A DNA stretch of 64,000 nucleotides, from the NCBI GenBank assembly GCA_965116325.1, contig OZ220675.1, positions 513,457-577,456 of the forward strand, written 5' to 3'. Made by a program: the position numbers and the translations under genes. The stretch is from Dehalococcoidia bacterium (lineage in GTDB: Bacteria > Chloroflexota > Dehalococcoidia > Lucifugimonadales > JAGWBF01). Below the pieces are notes generated by a model. The model saw only the letters and a list, made by a program, of their open reading frames with translations. It ran no database searches and was not told the DNA's origin. Positions within the stretch are counted from its first letter, which is position 1, and each line of letters begins with the position of its first letter. Below are positions 1-8,553 of this stretch, in pieces.

Positions 1-1
1 C

Positions 2-259
2 GGGGAGAGCGTTGGCATCATCGGCTGGGCGGCCCTGGGCGACTATTTCGGGCGGCGCAAGTTCGCGACTCTAAGGGGCATCATCACCTTTTCTCAAAGT
101 GGTGTGCTTGTAGGTTCCCCCATGTTCGTGGGGTGGTGGGCTGACCACTCCGGAGGGAGCTACGACTTCCCCCTGCTGCTGTGCCTCATAGTCATGGGTA
201 CGGCGGCGGTCTCTTTTGCATTTATGAAGAAGCCCGTGAGGAGAAGCGATTCGGCCTAG
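2..259 (+). CDS. MFS-type transporter, C-terminal fragment (5' end lies outside the window)
   Basis: Frame is open from the window edge to TAG 257-259. Translation GESVGIIGWAALGDYFGRRKFATLRGI...FPLLLCLIVMGTAAVSFAFMKK has hydrophobic helices and a G-x3-D-x2-GRRK loop typical of MFS. It is absent from the ORF track because no start codon lies in the window. Confidence 0.5.
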   Translation, partial: GESVGIIGWAALGDYFGRRKFATLRGIITFSQSGVLVGSPMFVGWWADHSGGSYDFPLLLCLIVMGTAAVSFAFMKKPVRRSDSA

Positions 260-286
260 TTGACACCAAGGCCCCGGGAAAGCTGC

Positions 287-1471
287 CTAGAGGCCGAACT
301 TGCGGGCAGTCTGGCGGAAGCCCTCCAGGGAGCCTTCCAGCACCCGGTCCTCTACGCAGTAGGAGATACGGAAGAACCCAGGGGAACCGAAGGTGCGGCC
401 CGGTACGGCAAGCACGTTCCAGGACTGGAGCTCCTCGGTGAAGGCGTCATCGTCGTCCACCGGGGAATTTGGGAACAGGTAGAAGGCTCCCTGGGGCTTG
501 AAGCAGGTGTAGCCCATGCTCACCAGCTCTCCGTAGATGAAGTCCCGCTTGCGCTGGTAGTCAGCCACATCCACGCTGACCCCCTGCAGGTCCCGGACGG
601 CGTGCTGCATCAGGGCGGGAGCGTTGACGAAGCCCAGGATGCGGTTGCAGAACGTTAGACCATCCACCAGGTCCCGACGGTCCGCATAGGCTGGGTTGAC
701 GGCGATGTGTCCGATCCTCTCACCGGGCAGGGCAAGGTCCTTGGCGTGGGAATGGACGGCCATGGATGGGCCATAGTGGGGGAACACATGGGGATAGCTC
801 AGCCCATCGTACAGGAGCTGTCTGTATGGCTCGTCGCTGACCAGGAATATCTCGGTGCCGAAGGCGCTGCTCTTGCTCTCCAAAAGCGCACAGAGAGAGC
901 CTATCCGCTCGGCCGAGTACACAGCTCCCGAAGGATTGTTGGGGGAGTTTATGAGCACCGCCCGGGTCCTGGGCGTTATCAGGGACTCGAGGACAGCCAG
1001 ATCGGGCTGGAAGCTGTCGTCGGTGGGGGCCACTATGGCGACTCCGTCATGATTATCGACGTAGTACCGGTACTCGACGAAGTAGGGAGCGAAGAAGATG
1101 ATCTCATCGCCGGGGTCGATGAGGGCTTTCAACACGACGTTCAGGGCAGCCGCAGCACCGCAGGTCATTACCACATCTTCCATGGCGAAGGGGAGGCCCG
1201 TCTCCGCCTTCAGCCCCTCGGCCACCGCCCTTCGGGTCTCTGGATAGCCCGCATTGGGCATGTAGCGGTGCATTCCTGGGCGAGGCTCCTGGGCCAAGCC
1301 TTGCAGCACTTGCCGAAACTCGGTGGGGGGCTCGGCCACGGGGTTACCCAGTGAAAGGTCGAACACCTTGTCATCGCCGTGCTGGGCCTTGAGGGCGATA
1401 CCCGCTTCGAACATCTTGCGGATGGCGCTCCCCTCCTCCGCGAGCCCTCGGATCTTGGATGAAATTGCCAT
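287..1471 (-). CDS. PLP-dependent aminotransferase, class I/II (AspC/AlaT-like)
   Basis: Track ORF is 287..1498. I prefer ATG 1471 (MAISSKIRGL), preceded by AGAGGGA. Blocks LSLGNP, NSPNNPSG, the PLP-lysine region SHAKDLALPGERIG and FRISY are present. Confidence 0.9.
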   Translation of the reverse strand: MAISSKIRGLAEEGSAIRKMFEAGIALKAQHGDDKVFDLSLGNPVAEPPTEFRQVLQGLAQEPRPGMHRYMPNAGYPETRRAVAEGLKAETGLPFAMEDVVMTCGAAAALNVVLKALIDPGDEIIFFAPYFVEYRYYVDNHDGVAIVAPTDDSFQPDLAVLESLITPRTRAVLINSPNNPSGAVYSAERIGSLCALLESKSSAFGTEIFLVSDEPYRQLLYDGLSYPHVFPHYGPSMAVHSHAKDLALPGERIGHIAVNPAYADRRDLVDGLTFCNRILGFVNAPALMQHAVRDLQGVSVDVADYQRKRDFIYGELVSMGYTCFKPQGAFYLFPNSPVDDDDAFTEELQSWNVLAVPGRTFGSPGFFRISYCVEDRVLEGSLEGFRQTARKFGL

Positions 1472-1484
1472 ACGTCCCTCTGCT

Positions 1485-2075
1485 TTACGGGGATTCACCG
1501 CCGACAGTCATCAGGAGGTGATTTCGGGTTTCGACGGACACAGGGTGCACCAAGCTTCCCTGCTGGAAGAGGGCGGTCAACTCGCGTCCAAGGAAGTCCA
1601 GCACCGCCTTATCCAAGCTGCTTTCCGCCAGCTCGGCGAGCTGGGGCAGGTAGGGATAGCGGTCGATCTTCCTTGGGTCCAGCTTGTCGGACAGGAAGAC
1701 CACCTTGCCTGCCGCATCTAATCCGGGATGGGCGGTGCTGTGCCAGTAGACTGCTTCGTGGATCGTGTCGTCGTCCAGCCCCTCCTCCTGTCGCAGCATC
1801 TCGGCGGCCACCGGGCCGTGGAGGAGAATGGGCACCTGCTCTTCCACCGCATGAACAGGCACCTTGAGCTTCTTTGCCAGCTTGAGCAGGTCTTCGCCCT
1901 TCATGGCCCGGGCGAGGTCATGGGCCAAAGCTCCCAGCTTGGTCGTCTCTTCATCGATGCCATGGTGCCTTGACAGATGCTCGGCCACAGACACCACGCG
2001 GGATATGTGTTGCTGCAGGCCCCTGGGCAGAAGGCTCACCTTCTGCTCCAGCAGGTCCTGTAGGCCGGCCGTCAA
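1485..2075 (-). CDS. HD-domain phosphohydrolase, YqeK-like
   Basis: 196 aa. HD blocks HISRVVSVAEHL, ALAHDLARAM, LLHGPVAAEML and YWHSTAHPG are present. It overlaps the upstream HIT gene by 4 nt. Confidence 0.7.
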   Translation of the reverse strand: MTAGLQDLLEQKVSLLPRGLQQHISRVVSVAEHLSRHHGIDEETTKLGALAHDLARAMKGEDLLKLAKKLKVPVHAVEEQVPILLHGPVAAEMLRQEEGLDDDTIHEAVYWHSTAHPGLDAAGKVVFLSDKLDPRKIDRYPYLPQLAELAESSLDKAVLDFLGRELTALFQQGSLVHPVSVETRNHLLMTVGGESP

Positions 2076-2431
2076 TTCCGGTTGTTGCCCAGAGGAAGAA
2101 GCTGTTCGCCGCCAAGGAGGTGCACATGGGTGTGGTCAACCGTCTGGCCTGCGTCCGACCCTTGGTTGACCACCAGGCGGTAACCGCTGACTGTCACTTC
2201 CTCCCGCCGCGCCATCTCTTCCGCCACAAGGAATATGTGGCCCATCATCTGCTCCTGGCCAGGGCCGACGTAGGCCAGGGAGGCCATGTGGTGCAGGGGC
2301 AGGATAAGCAGGTGCACCGGGGCTTGGGGCTGAATATCCCTGATAACGAAGACGCGCTCGTCCCGGTAGAGGACCGCCCCCGGCGGCTCCTCCCTTGCTA
2401 TCCTGCAGAAGATGCAGTCTCTAGATGCCAT
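2072..2431 (-). CDS. HIT (histidine triad) family protein
   Basis: Histidine triad HTHVHLLGG and N-terminal CIFCRI are present. I moved the start to ATG 2431 (MASRDCIFC), which has GGAGGAGG just upstream; the track ORF is 2072..2476. Confidence 0.9.
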   Translation of the reverse strand: MASRDCIFCRIAREEPPGAVLYRDERVFVIRDIQPQAPVHLLILPLHHMASLAYVGPGQEQMMGHIFLVAEEMARREEVTVSGYRLVVNQGSDAGQTVDHTHVHLLGGEQLLPLGNNRN

Positions 2432-2439
2432 GCCTCCTC

Positions 2440-2898
2440 CTACGCTACCTCGACCACCATCTCCACTTCGATGCACGAGTTCCCGGCGGGGCAGGCAATC
2501 CCCACTGCCGAGCGGGCGTGCAGGCCCTTTTCCCCGTACAGCTCGACCAGGACATCGGATGCGCCGTTGGCTACGCTGGGGGCATCATAGAAGTCATCCG
2601 CTGTGTTCACCATGCACAGGAGCTTCACGATCTGAGTCACGTTGTCCAGGTCACCGATGCACTCCTTGACAGAGGCCAGCAGGTTAATGGCGGACTGGCG
2701 GGCGCCCTGGTAGCCCTCTTCCACGGTGACGTCCCGTCCCACCTTTCCTTCGATTCTCCGGCCATCCGGGAAAGTGGCGGTACTTCCCGAAACATAGACG
2801 ATGTTTCCGGTGCGTTTCGCGTACACCCGGTTGGAGCGCACAGGTCGGTTGGTGGGCATTTCCATGCCAAGCTCTTCCATCTTCTTTTCGATTTGCAT
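2440..2898 (-). CDS. RidA/YjgF family protein
   Basis: 152 aa. The layout is YjgF/RidA-like, with VYVSGSTA near the N-terminus and RSAVGIA...IEVEMVVEV at the C-terminus. Confidence 0.8.
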   Translation of the reverse strand: MQIEKKMEELGMEMPTNRPVRSNRVYAKRTGNIVYVSGSTATFPDGRRIEGKVGRDVTVEEGYQGARQSAINLLASVKECIGDLDNVTQIVKLLCMVNTADDFYDAPSVANGASDVLVELYGEKGLHARSAVGIACPAGNSCIEVEMVVEVA

Positions 2899-2920
2899 TT
2901 ACAATTTCCTTTCCTTGGAG

Positions 2921-4054
2921 CTAGAGGCCCAATGCCTGGCCAACCAGCTCCTCATGGTATCCCGGACCTCCGTAAAGGGACTCCTGGGCCTTTGCCCTAC
3001 GGGTGTACAGCTGCAGGTCGTGGTCCCAAGTGAAGCCGATGGCCCCGTGACACTGGTGGGCCAGGGAGCACACCCTTTGGTAGGAACGGCTGATCCAGGC
3101 CTTGGCCATGGAAACCTCCAGGTCCGAAGGCCCCTCCTCGGTGAGCTTCCAGGCAGCCTGGTGGGCAACGTAACGACAGCACTCGACCTCAGTAGCCATG
3201 TTGGCGCAGTGGTGCTGCACCGCCTGGAAGCTGCCCACGGGGCGTCCGAACTGCACCCGTTGCTTGGCGTACCCGACAGTCAGGTCCAGCACCGCCTCTG
3301 CGCCCCCCATCATCTCCAGGGACTTGGCTACCGTTGCTCTCTTCAAGGTGCGCTCCAGCAAGGGCCACCCCTTGCCTTCCTGACCCAAGAGCGCGGCCTC
3401 GGGCACGCTTACGCCCGTAAAGGTCACCTCGCATTGCTTGTCGCCCGCCAGGTTGCGCATGGGCCTGATCCCAATACCCGCTGCGCTGGACGGCACCAGG
3501 AAACAGCTTATGCCCTCGGCAGGGTCTGAGGCTTCCGACGTCCGAGCAGCAACCAGGAACAGGTCGGCGATCTGGCCGTCGGGTACGAACAGCTTGGTAC
3601 CGTCTATTACGAACCCATCGCCGGACCTGCGGGCTTGGGCTTCCACGCCCCAGGGCTCATAGGTTGCGCCGGCTTCCACCAAGGCCAAGGTCAGGGTGAT
3701 CTGGCCTTCGCATATGGACGGGATGTACTCGCGTTTCTGGTCCTCGGTACCCCCATCCAGAATGGTCAGGCCTCCCAGAACGACGGTGGAAAAGAAGGGA
3801 CCGGGCAGCAGCGCCCTCCCCATTTCCTCCAGCAGAACAGCCAGGTCCATGAAGTCCCCGCCCGTGCCTCCATGCCCCTCGGGAAAGGCGACGCCGCACC
3901 ATCCCAAGGCCGCCATCTGGCCCCATAGCTGCTCAGGATGGCCCCGCTCATCCTCTTCCATCTGGCGCACCAGGGCCGGGGGGCATTCACTCTCCAGGAA
4001 CTCCCGGGCGCTGCTCTTCAGCATCTGCTGGGTTTCGGTAAGTCCTAGGTCCAT
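2921..4054 (-). CDS. acyl-CoA dehydrogenase family protein
   Basis: 377 aa. Blocks GWCGVAFPEGHGG, CFLVP, QFGRPVGSFQAVQH and HGAIGFT are present. Confidence 0.9.
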   Translation of the reverse strand: MDLGLTETQQMLKSSAREFLESECPPALVRQMEEDERGHPEQLWGQMAALGWCGVAFPEGHGGTGGDFMDLAVLLEEMGRALLPGPFFSTVVLGGLTILDGGTEDQKREYIPSICEGQITLTLALVEAGATYEPWGVEAQARRSGDGFVIDGTKLFVPDGQIADLFLVAARTSEASDPAEGISCFLVPSSAAGIGIRPMRNLAGDKQCEVTFTGVSVPEAALLGQEGKGWPLLERTLKRATVAKSLEMMGGAEAVLDLTVGYAKQRVQFGRPVGSFQAVQHHCANMATEVECCRYVAHQAAWKLTEEGPSDLEVSMAKAWISRSYQRVCSLAHQCHGAIGFTWDHDLQLYTRRAKAQESLYGGPGYHEELVGQALGL

Positions 4055-4083
4055 GGATCTCTCCTCACCTGCTCAGCCGGCCT

Positions 4084-4446
4084 TTACCTTGCATCCTTGT
4101 CGTTTTGCCAAAGACCCAAGGGATTGCCCTCGGTGTCCACGCACTGGGCGTTGTAGCCAACGTAAGGGATGGCAGTCTTCCCTACGACAACCCTGCCCCC
4201 CAGCTCGCTCACCCTCGCCAGCGCTTCATCGATGGAGTCCACGGTGTAGTAATTGATATTGCCCTGGTGCGGGCCCGACCTTTGTATCAATCCCCCCAGA
4301 GCATCCCCTTCGGGGGCGCGGATCACCCAGTACTCCATGTCGGGCACCGGGACCTTCTTGAAAGACCAGCCGAATAGGCCTCCGTAGAAATTCTCGGCCC
4401 GTTCGGGCTCGCTAATGGCTATATCGAAGTGCACCTCTTGCGGCAT
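4084..4446 (-). CDS. VOC (glyoxalase/bleomycin-resistance fold) family protein
   Basis: 120 aa. The pattern is a single VOC module: FYGGLFGWSF...GGLIQ...YYTVDSIDEA...GGRVVVG...D.EGNPLGLWQ. Confidence 0.75.
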   Translation of the reverse strand: MPQEVHFDIAISEPERAENFYGGLFGWSFKKVPVPDMEYWVIRAPEGDALGGLIQRSGPHQGNINYYTVDSIDEALARVSELGGRVVVGKTAIPYVGYNAQCVDTEGNPLGLWQNDKDAR

Positions 4447-4572
4447 CGCTGTCCTCCCTGCGGGTCTATGCTTTTGAGTATCTTGGGGGGCTCCCGCCCT
4501 TCCGAGGGAATCTGCCCCGCCATACAGTAACGCTTGGGCTACCGGGAGCGGGATGGCCGAGACGCTTGCTTG

Positions 4573-5748
4573 TTATCCTCGAGGCAGGCCCAAGCCCCTG
4601 GATGCGATAATGTTGCGCTGAACCTCCGACGTACCCGCAGCCACGGTGTGGGAGAAGGAGTGCATCCAGTCCTCGGGCACACGGCCCTTGATGGGGGCCC
4701 ACGCCTCTCCGTCGCGGAGCTGTCCGTAAAGGCCCAGGATCTCCAGGCATGATGAAGTAACCCGCTGCAAGGTCTCGGAGCCGAACACCTTGCTCATGGA
4801 TGCCTCTTTGTTGGGCACCAGCCCCTCTCCCTGCATCCACGCCACGCCGTATGCAAGGAGCCTGGCTGTCTCCGATTCGATGTAACGGTCGATTAGCAGG
4901 TTGCGGACGCGGGGGTCCGACGCCAGCGTTCCCCCCTTGTTCCGGGTGTTCTTCACATGCTCGGTCACATCTGACAAGATGCGCCGGGATATGGCGGAGT
5001 AGTCGATCCCTGACCGCTCGAAGTCCAGGAGGGTAACGCCAACGTACCAGCCCCTGTTCTCCTCTCCGACCAGGTTACGCTTGGGGACGCGCACGTTGTC
5101 GAAGAACACCTGGTTGAAGTCATGACCGCCGGTCATGTTGTGGACGGGCTGCACGGTGACGCCGGGAGTCTTCATGTCAACCAGGATGAAGCTGATGCCC
5201 CGGTGCTTGGGAGCGTCGGTGTCGGTGCGGGCCAGGAGCATGATCCAATCGGCCCTGTGGGCCATGGTCGTCCAGATCTTGCTGCCGTTGATGACGTAGT
5301 CGTCGCCATCGGCCACCGCCCGCGTCTGCAGGGAGGCCAGGTCTGAGCCTGATCCCGGTTCGCTGTAGCCCTGGCACCACTGCACCTCTCCCTTTGCCAC
5401 GGGAAGGAGAAACTCCTTCTTCTGCTCTTCGGTGCCGTAGATCATCAGGGTAGGGGCGAGCATTCGCACGCCGAAGATGTCCCTTCCCGGCGCCCGGTTG
5501 TAGGACATCTCCTCGTTGAACAGGGCCGAACGAACGGGAGAGACCCCCTGCCCGCCGTACTCTTCGGGCCAGTGCATGGTCAGCCAGCCCTTGTCGGCCA
5601 TCTTCCCACGCAGAGTTTTGGTGAAGTCCCAATCATCGTCCTCCGCCCAACGCCCCCTTCCCTCCCATCCTGGAGGCAGTTCTTCACCTAGGAACTGCAG
5701 AAGCGAGGTTCGGAAGTCTTCGTCGGCGGCGGATAACCGGAAGTCCAT
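4573..5748 (-). CDS. acyl-CoA dehydrogenase family protein
   Basis: 391 aa. Blocks GWLTMHWPEEYGG, WCQGYSEPGSGSDLASL, GSKIWTT and AAGTSEVQRNIIA are present. Confidence 0.9.
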   Translation of the reverse strand: MDFRLSAADEDFRTSLLQFLGEELPPGWEGRGRWAEDDDWDFTKTLRGKMADKGWLTMHWPEEYGGQGVSPVRSALFNEEMSYNRAPGRDIFGVRMLAPTLMIYGTEEQKKEFLLPVAKGEVQWCQGYSEPGSGSDLASLQTRAVADGDDYVINGSKIWTTMAHRADWIMLLARTDTDAPKHRGISFILVDMKTPGVTVQPVHNMTGGHDFNQVFFDNVRVPKRNLVGEENRGWYVGVTLLDFERSGIDYSAISRRILSDVTEHVKNTRNKGGTLASDPRVRNLLIDRYIESETARLLAYGVAWMQGEGLVPNKEASMSKVFGSETLQRVTSSCLEILGLYGQLRDGEAWAPIKGRVPEDWMHSFSHTVAAGTSEVQRNIIASRGLGLPRG

Positions 5749-5809
5749 GGTGTTGCGCCTCCTGGAGTCGAAGGGAGGGGTGTAGCCGGCATAGGGCCGG
5801 CGATGCTAG

Positions 5810-6046
5810 CTAACTGCCGACTGCCACACAGGTGACAGTGCGCACCACACCGCTGATGGTGTGGATCTTTTCCGTAACCAGGGATCCCATCACATTTATA
5901 TCGGGCGTGTCTATCACAGCGATCACATCGTAAGGGCCGGTAACTACGTTGACCGACTGCATACCACCAACGCTGTTCAGCACATCGGCAACTTCACGGG
6001 TCTTGCCTACGGCGGTCTCGATCAAGATGAATGCCTTGGTTGCCAC
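5810..6046 (-). CDS. stand-alone Lrp/AsnC ligand-binding (RAM) domain protein, no HTH
   Basis: Core sequence AFILIETAVGKTREVADVLNSVGGMQSVNVVTGPYDVIAVIDTPD...TVTCVAV is RAM-like. I prefer GTG 6046, which has GGAGG at 6053-6057 and a 6-nt spacer; the track ORF extends to 6163. Confidence 0.7.
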   Translation of the reverse strand: MATKAFILIETAVGKTREVADVLNSVGGMQSVNVVTGPYDVIAVIDTPDINVMGSLVTEKIHTISGVVRTVTCVAVGS

Positions 6047-6180
6047 ACCTGACCTCCTTCGAAGAGCTGCCCCCAGGCATGTTGCCTTCTTTGCGCAGGA
6101 AGCCACGGCAGCAGGTTCGGGAAGATTTCCCAACATGATAAGGCGCGGGTAATAGGGTGTCAATCAGCTTGCCAGGGCGG

Positions 6181-6189
6181 TGATATAAT
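6181..6189 (+). promoter_or_regulatory. extended -10 element (TGaTATAAT) upstream of rsmG
   Basis: TGATATAAT lies at 6181-6189. GTG 6202 and ATG 6208 follow after 12 and 18 nt with no Shine-Dalgarno, implying a very short or absent leader. Confidence 0.4.
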
Positions 6190-6201
6190 GCCGACCGGAC
6201 G

Positions 6202-6924
6202 GTGCATATGGACCTGCTGCGAGATGGCGCCAGCCGCCTCGGACTCTCCCTTACTGCGAGACAGGAAGAGCAGTTCGCCCTCTATTGCCGGGAGCTGCTG
6301 GCCTGGAACCTCAAGGTGAACCTGACGGCCATCGTTGAGTACGAGGAGGTTCAGGTGAAGCACTTCCTCGATTCCCTGACTCCTTGTCTCGCGGTACATG
6401 ATCGCCTCTCCCAGGGCGGGTCCCTCCTGGATGTGGGCGCGGGAGGAGGCTTTCCCGGAATCCCCCTTAAGATTGCTTATCCCAGCATCAGCCTCACCTT
6501 GATGGATTCGGTCGGCAAGAAGGGCGCCTTCCTTGAGCACATCATCTCCGACCTTGGGCTGGATGACACCAGTATTTATATCGGGCGGGCAGAATACGGC
6601 GCCAAGAAACCCCACCTCCGGGAGGCCTTCGATGTGGTGGTGTCCAGGGGGGTTGCGCCGATGCGCGTCTTGATGGAGCTAACCCTGCCTTACTGCGCTC
6701 CAGGCGGAGTAGCGGCGGTGCAGAAAAAGGGCGACATCGAACCGGAGGTGAGCAGCTCCCAGCAAGCCATTGATGTGCTGGGAGGAAAGCTTCGCCAGGT
6801 TATTCCGGTGAAGGGGATCGAAGGCTTGGAAGACGACCGCGTTGTAGTAGCGGTGGACAAGGTATCCCCTACACCGCCCAAGTACCCCAGGCGTCCTGGG
6901 CTGCCCCAGAAGCACCCTCTTTAG
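6202..6924 (+). CDS. rsmG: 16S rRNA (guanine527-N7)-methyltransferase RsmG (GidB)
   Basis: 240 aa. It has the GidB layout (WNLKVNLTAI, HFLDSL) and the SAM motif LLDVGAGGGFPGIPLKI. The start is either GTG 6202 or ATG 6208. Confidence 0.9.
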   Translation: MHMDLLRDGASRLGLSLTARQEEQFALYCRELLAWNLKVNLTAIVEYEEVQVKHFLDSLTPCLAVHDRLSQGGSLLDVGAGGGFPGIPLKIAYPSISLTLMDSVGKKGAFLEHIISDLGLDDTSIYIGRAEYGAKKPHLREAFDVVVSRGVAPMRVLMELTLPYCAPGGVAAVQKKGDIEPEVSSSQQAIDVLGGKLRQVIPVKGIEGLEDDRVVVAVDKVSPTPPKYPRRPGLPQKHPL

Positions 6925-6954
6925 CCAGATCCCCTAAGGTAATCCAAGCACACT

Positions 6955-7332
6955 ATGCCGCTTTACACTGCCAGCTTCTACGACCCCCAGGACTGGGTCG
7001 GCCAGCCCTTCCGGATATCCCGCGGGCATCCCCGGGGCAGGAAAGTGCAATGGGGCACCCTCCCCTTCTTCTTTCCAGAACGGGCCTTGGTACGGGCATA
7101 TAGAGGCGGCGAGATCGACTTTACGGACTACACGCCAATTTACCTGGACCATTTGGACCGGACCTATGAAACCAGCGACGCCATGGGCCGATGGATTCAT
7201 GAGGACATGCCTAAACTGGAAGACTTTACCCTGCTGTGCTTCGAGAGGTTCGATGCCCCCTGCCACAGGAGGCTGCTGGCAGGTTGGCTGGCAGGGAAGT
7301 GCCCGGACCTGCAGATAGGCTGGGCCAGGTAG
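6955..7332 (+). CDS. DUF488 (YeaO-like) family protein
   Basis: 125 aa. The pattern RISRGHPRG...FFPERALVRAY...F.DYTPIYLDHL...LLCFER...CHRRLLAGWL parallels YeaO-type DUF488. Confidence 0.65.
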   Translation: MPLYTASFYDPQDWVGQPFRISRGHPRGRKVQWGTLPFFFPERALVRAYRGGEIDFTDYTPIYLDHLDRTYETSDAMGRWIHEDMPKLEDFTLLCFERFDAPCHRRLLAGWLAGKCPDLQIGWAR

Positions 7333-7385
7333 GCGTTGCATATTGCTGGCTGGGAATCACACTGTGGATATATCTAAGGAACTGC

Positions 7386-8420
7386 ATGTACCTACGCCAT
7401 AAGCTGTCGGGCTGGCTGGTCCTGGCTACGTTGGGACTGGCTATATTCGGGATTGCTTGCGACGGACAAGGCCAGCCTGCCATGCCTACCTCTACGGTAT
7501 CCGATGTCCCGTCCCCTACCTCAGGCAGAGCAGATGCCCTCCCTTCCCCTACGCCGACCTCAGTTCCTATTCCGGACCCGGAAGAAGGGCCCGCGACTCC
7601 CACGCCAACCAAGGGTCAGCCCACACCGATAACGCCCCCAACCGATACACCCATCCCGCCGCCAACCTCGGCCCCCACTCCAAGTCCAACAGCGGTGCCG
7701 AGTCCCACACCTAAACCCACCGAGTCCCCCACCGCCACACTCGAACTCCTTCTCACACCCACATCTCCACCGGACCCGACAGAGGCCCCTACGCCGGCAG
7801 CTGAGCCAACCCAACCGCCCACTTCTCCGTCCGATCCCACCGAGGCCCCTACTCCCGCACCTGGGCCTACAGATGCACCCACTGCCATACCTTCACCCAC
7901 CAAGGCAGCCACTCCAAAACCTGAGGTTACGAGGGCGCCCATTCCTGCACCCGAACCGACGGCGGCACCTACGCCCGCACCTGAGCCAACCCAAGCACCC
8001 ACTCTTGAACCCGAACCTACCGAGGAACCGACGCCAGAGCCAACGGAGGTGCCCAGCACATCCTCCGATGTCCGTATCGTGTGCATTCTGTTCGATGGGG
8101 AAGTTCCCCGGTCGGAGGCCGATGAGTACGTCGAAATCTCCAACCACGGCGGGGCCCAGGACCTGGCGGGGTGGGTCCTTAAGGATCGGGATGACCGTAG
8201 GCAGGAGTTCACCTTCCCTGCCTACTCTTTGGGACCGGGAGATACCATCCGTGTTTATACAAACCAGGTGCATCCCCGATGGGGAGGATTTAGTTTTGGG
8301 TCGGGCACCTCCCTGTGGAATAACTCTGACGCGGACGTGGCGGTCCTGATCGATGCAGAGGGAAGAGTTGTTTCCAGCGCTACCTACAACACAAGCAATC
8401 CCCCGGGGTGTGGAAGATAG
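7386..8420 (+). CDS. lipoprotein with a long Pro/Thr-rich linker and a C-terminal lamin-tail domain (LTD)
   Basis: ATG 7386 gives MYLRHKLSGWLVLATLGLAIFGIAC, a signal peptide plus lipobox. The C-terminus RIVCILFDGEVPRSEADEYVEISNHGGAQDLAGWVLKD...FTFPAYSLGPGDTIRVYT is LTD-like. The track ORF start at 7236 overlaps the DUF488 gene. Confidence 0.75.
   Translation: MYLRHKLSGWLVLATLGLAIFGIACDGQGQPAMPTSTVSDVPSPTSGRADALPSPTPTSVPIPDPEEGPATPTPTKGQPTPITPPTDTPIPPPTSAPTPSPTAVPSPTPKPTESPTATLELLLTPTSPPDPTEAPTPAAEPTQPPTSPSDPTEAPTPAPGPTDAPTAIPSPTKAATPKPEVTRAPIPAPEPTAAPTPAPEPTQAPTLEPEPTEEPTPEPTEVPSTSSDVRIVCILFDGEVPRSEADEYVEISNHGGAQDLAGWVLKDRDDRRQEFTFPAYSLGPGDTIRVYTNQVHPRWGGFSFGSGTSLWNNSDADVAVLIDAEGRVVSSATYNTSNPPGCGR
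7476..8065 (+). repeat. coding low-complexity Pro/Thr/Ala/Glu-rich repeat region
   Basis: Reiterated (E)APTPA(P)EPT(Q)PPTSPSDPT units lie inside the LTD lipoprotein gene. Shadow ORFs appear in several other frames. Confidence 0.85.
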
Positions 8421-8485
8421 ACAATGCTGGGAATCCAAAGCAACACAACTGGGGCGTCAGGCCGACCTGGTCCCCGCTCTCGTTG

Positions 8486-8514
8486 TTTACCTGCCATCCT
8501 GGCTAAGCTATAAT
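8486..8514 (+). promoter_or_regulatory. sigma70-like promoter TTTACC-N17-TATAAT
   Basis: The -35-like TTTACC lies at 8486-8491 and a consensus TATAAT at 8509-8514. GAGGAGG (8541-8547) and ATG 8554 follow. Confidence 0.45.
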
Positions 8515-8553
8515 GCAGCCTAGCAATTCCCCGACGCCAAGAGGAGGAATGTC

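Noticed and set aside
7236-7385. The N-terminal 50-codon extension of the LTD lipoprotein ORF given in the track.
   Set aside because: It overlaps the 3' end of the DUF488 gene in another frame. It would also bury the signal peptide. ATG 7386 places the signal peptide and lipobox at the N-terminus.
7476-8065. Repetitive DNA that might have been a CRISPR array or a non-coding tandem repeat. The same question applies to 31090-31500.
   Set aside because: The repeats are imperfect, lack unique spacers of constant length, and sit in frame within long ORFs as Pro/Thr-rich linkers. They are coding low-complexity sequence, not CRISPR.
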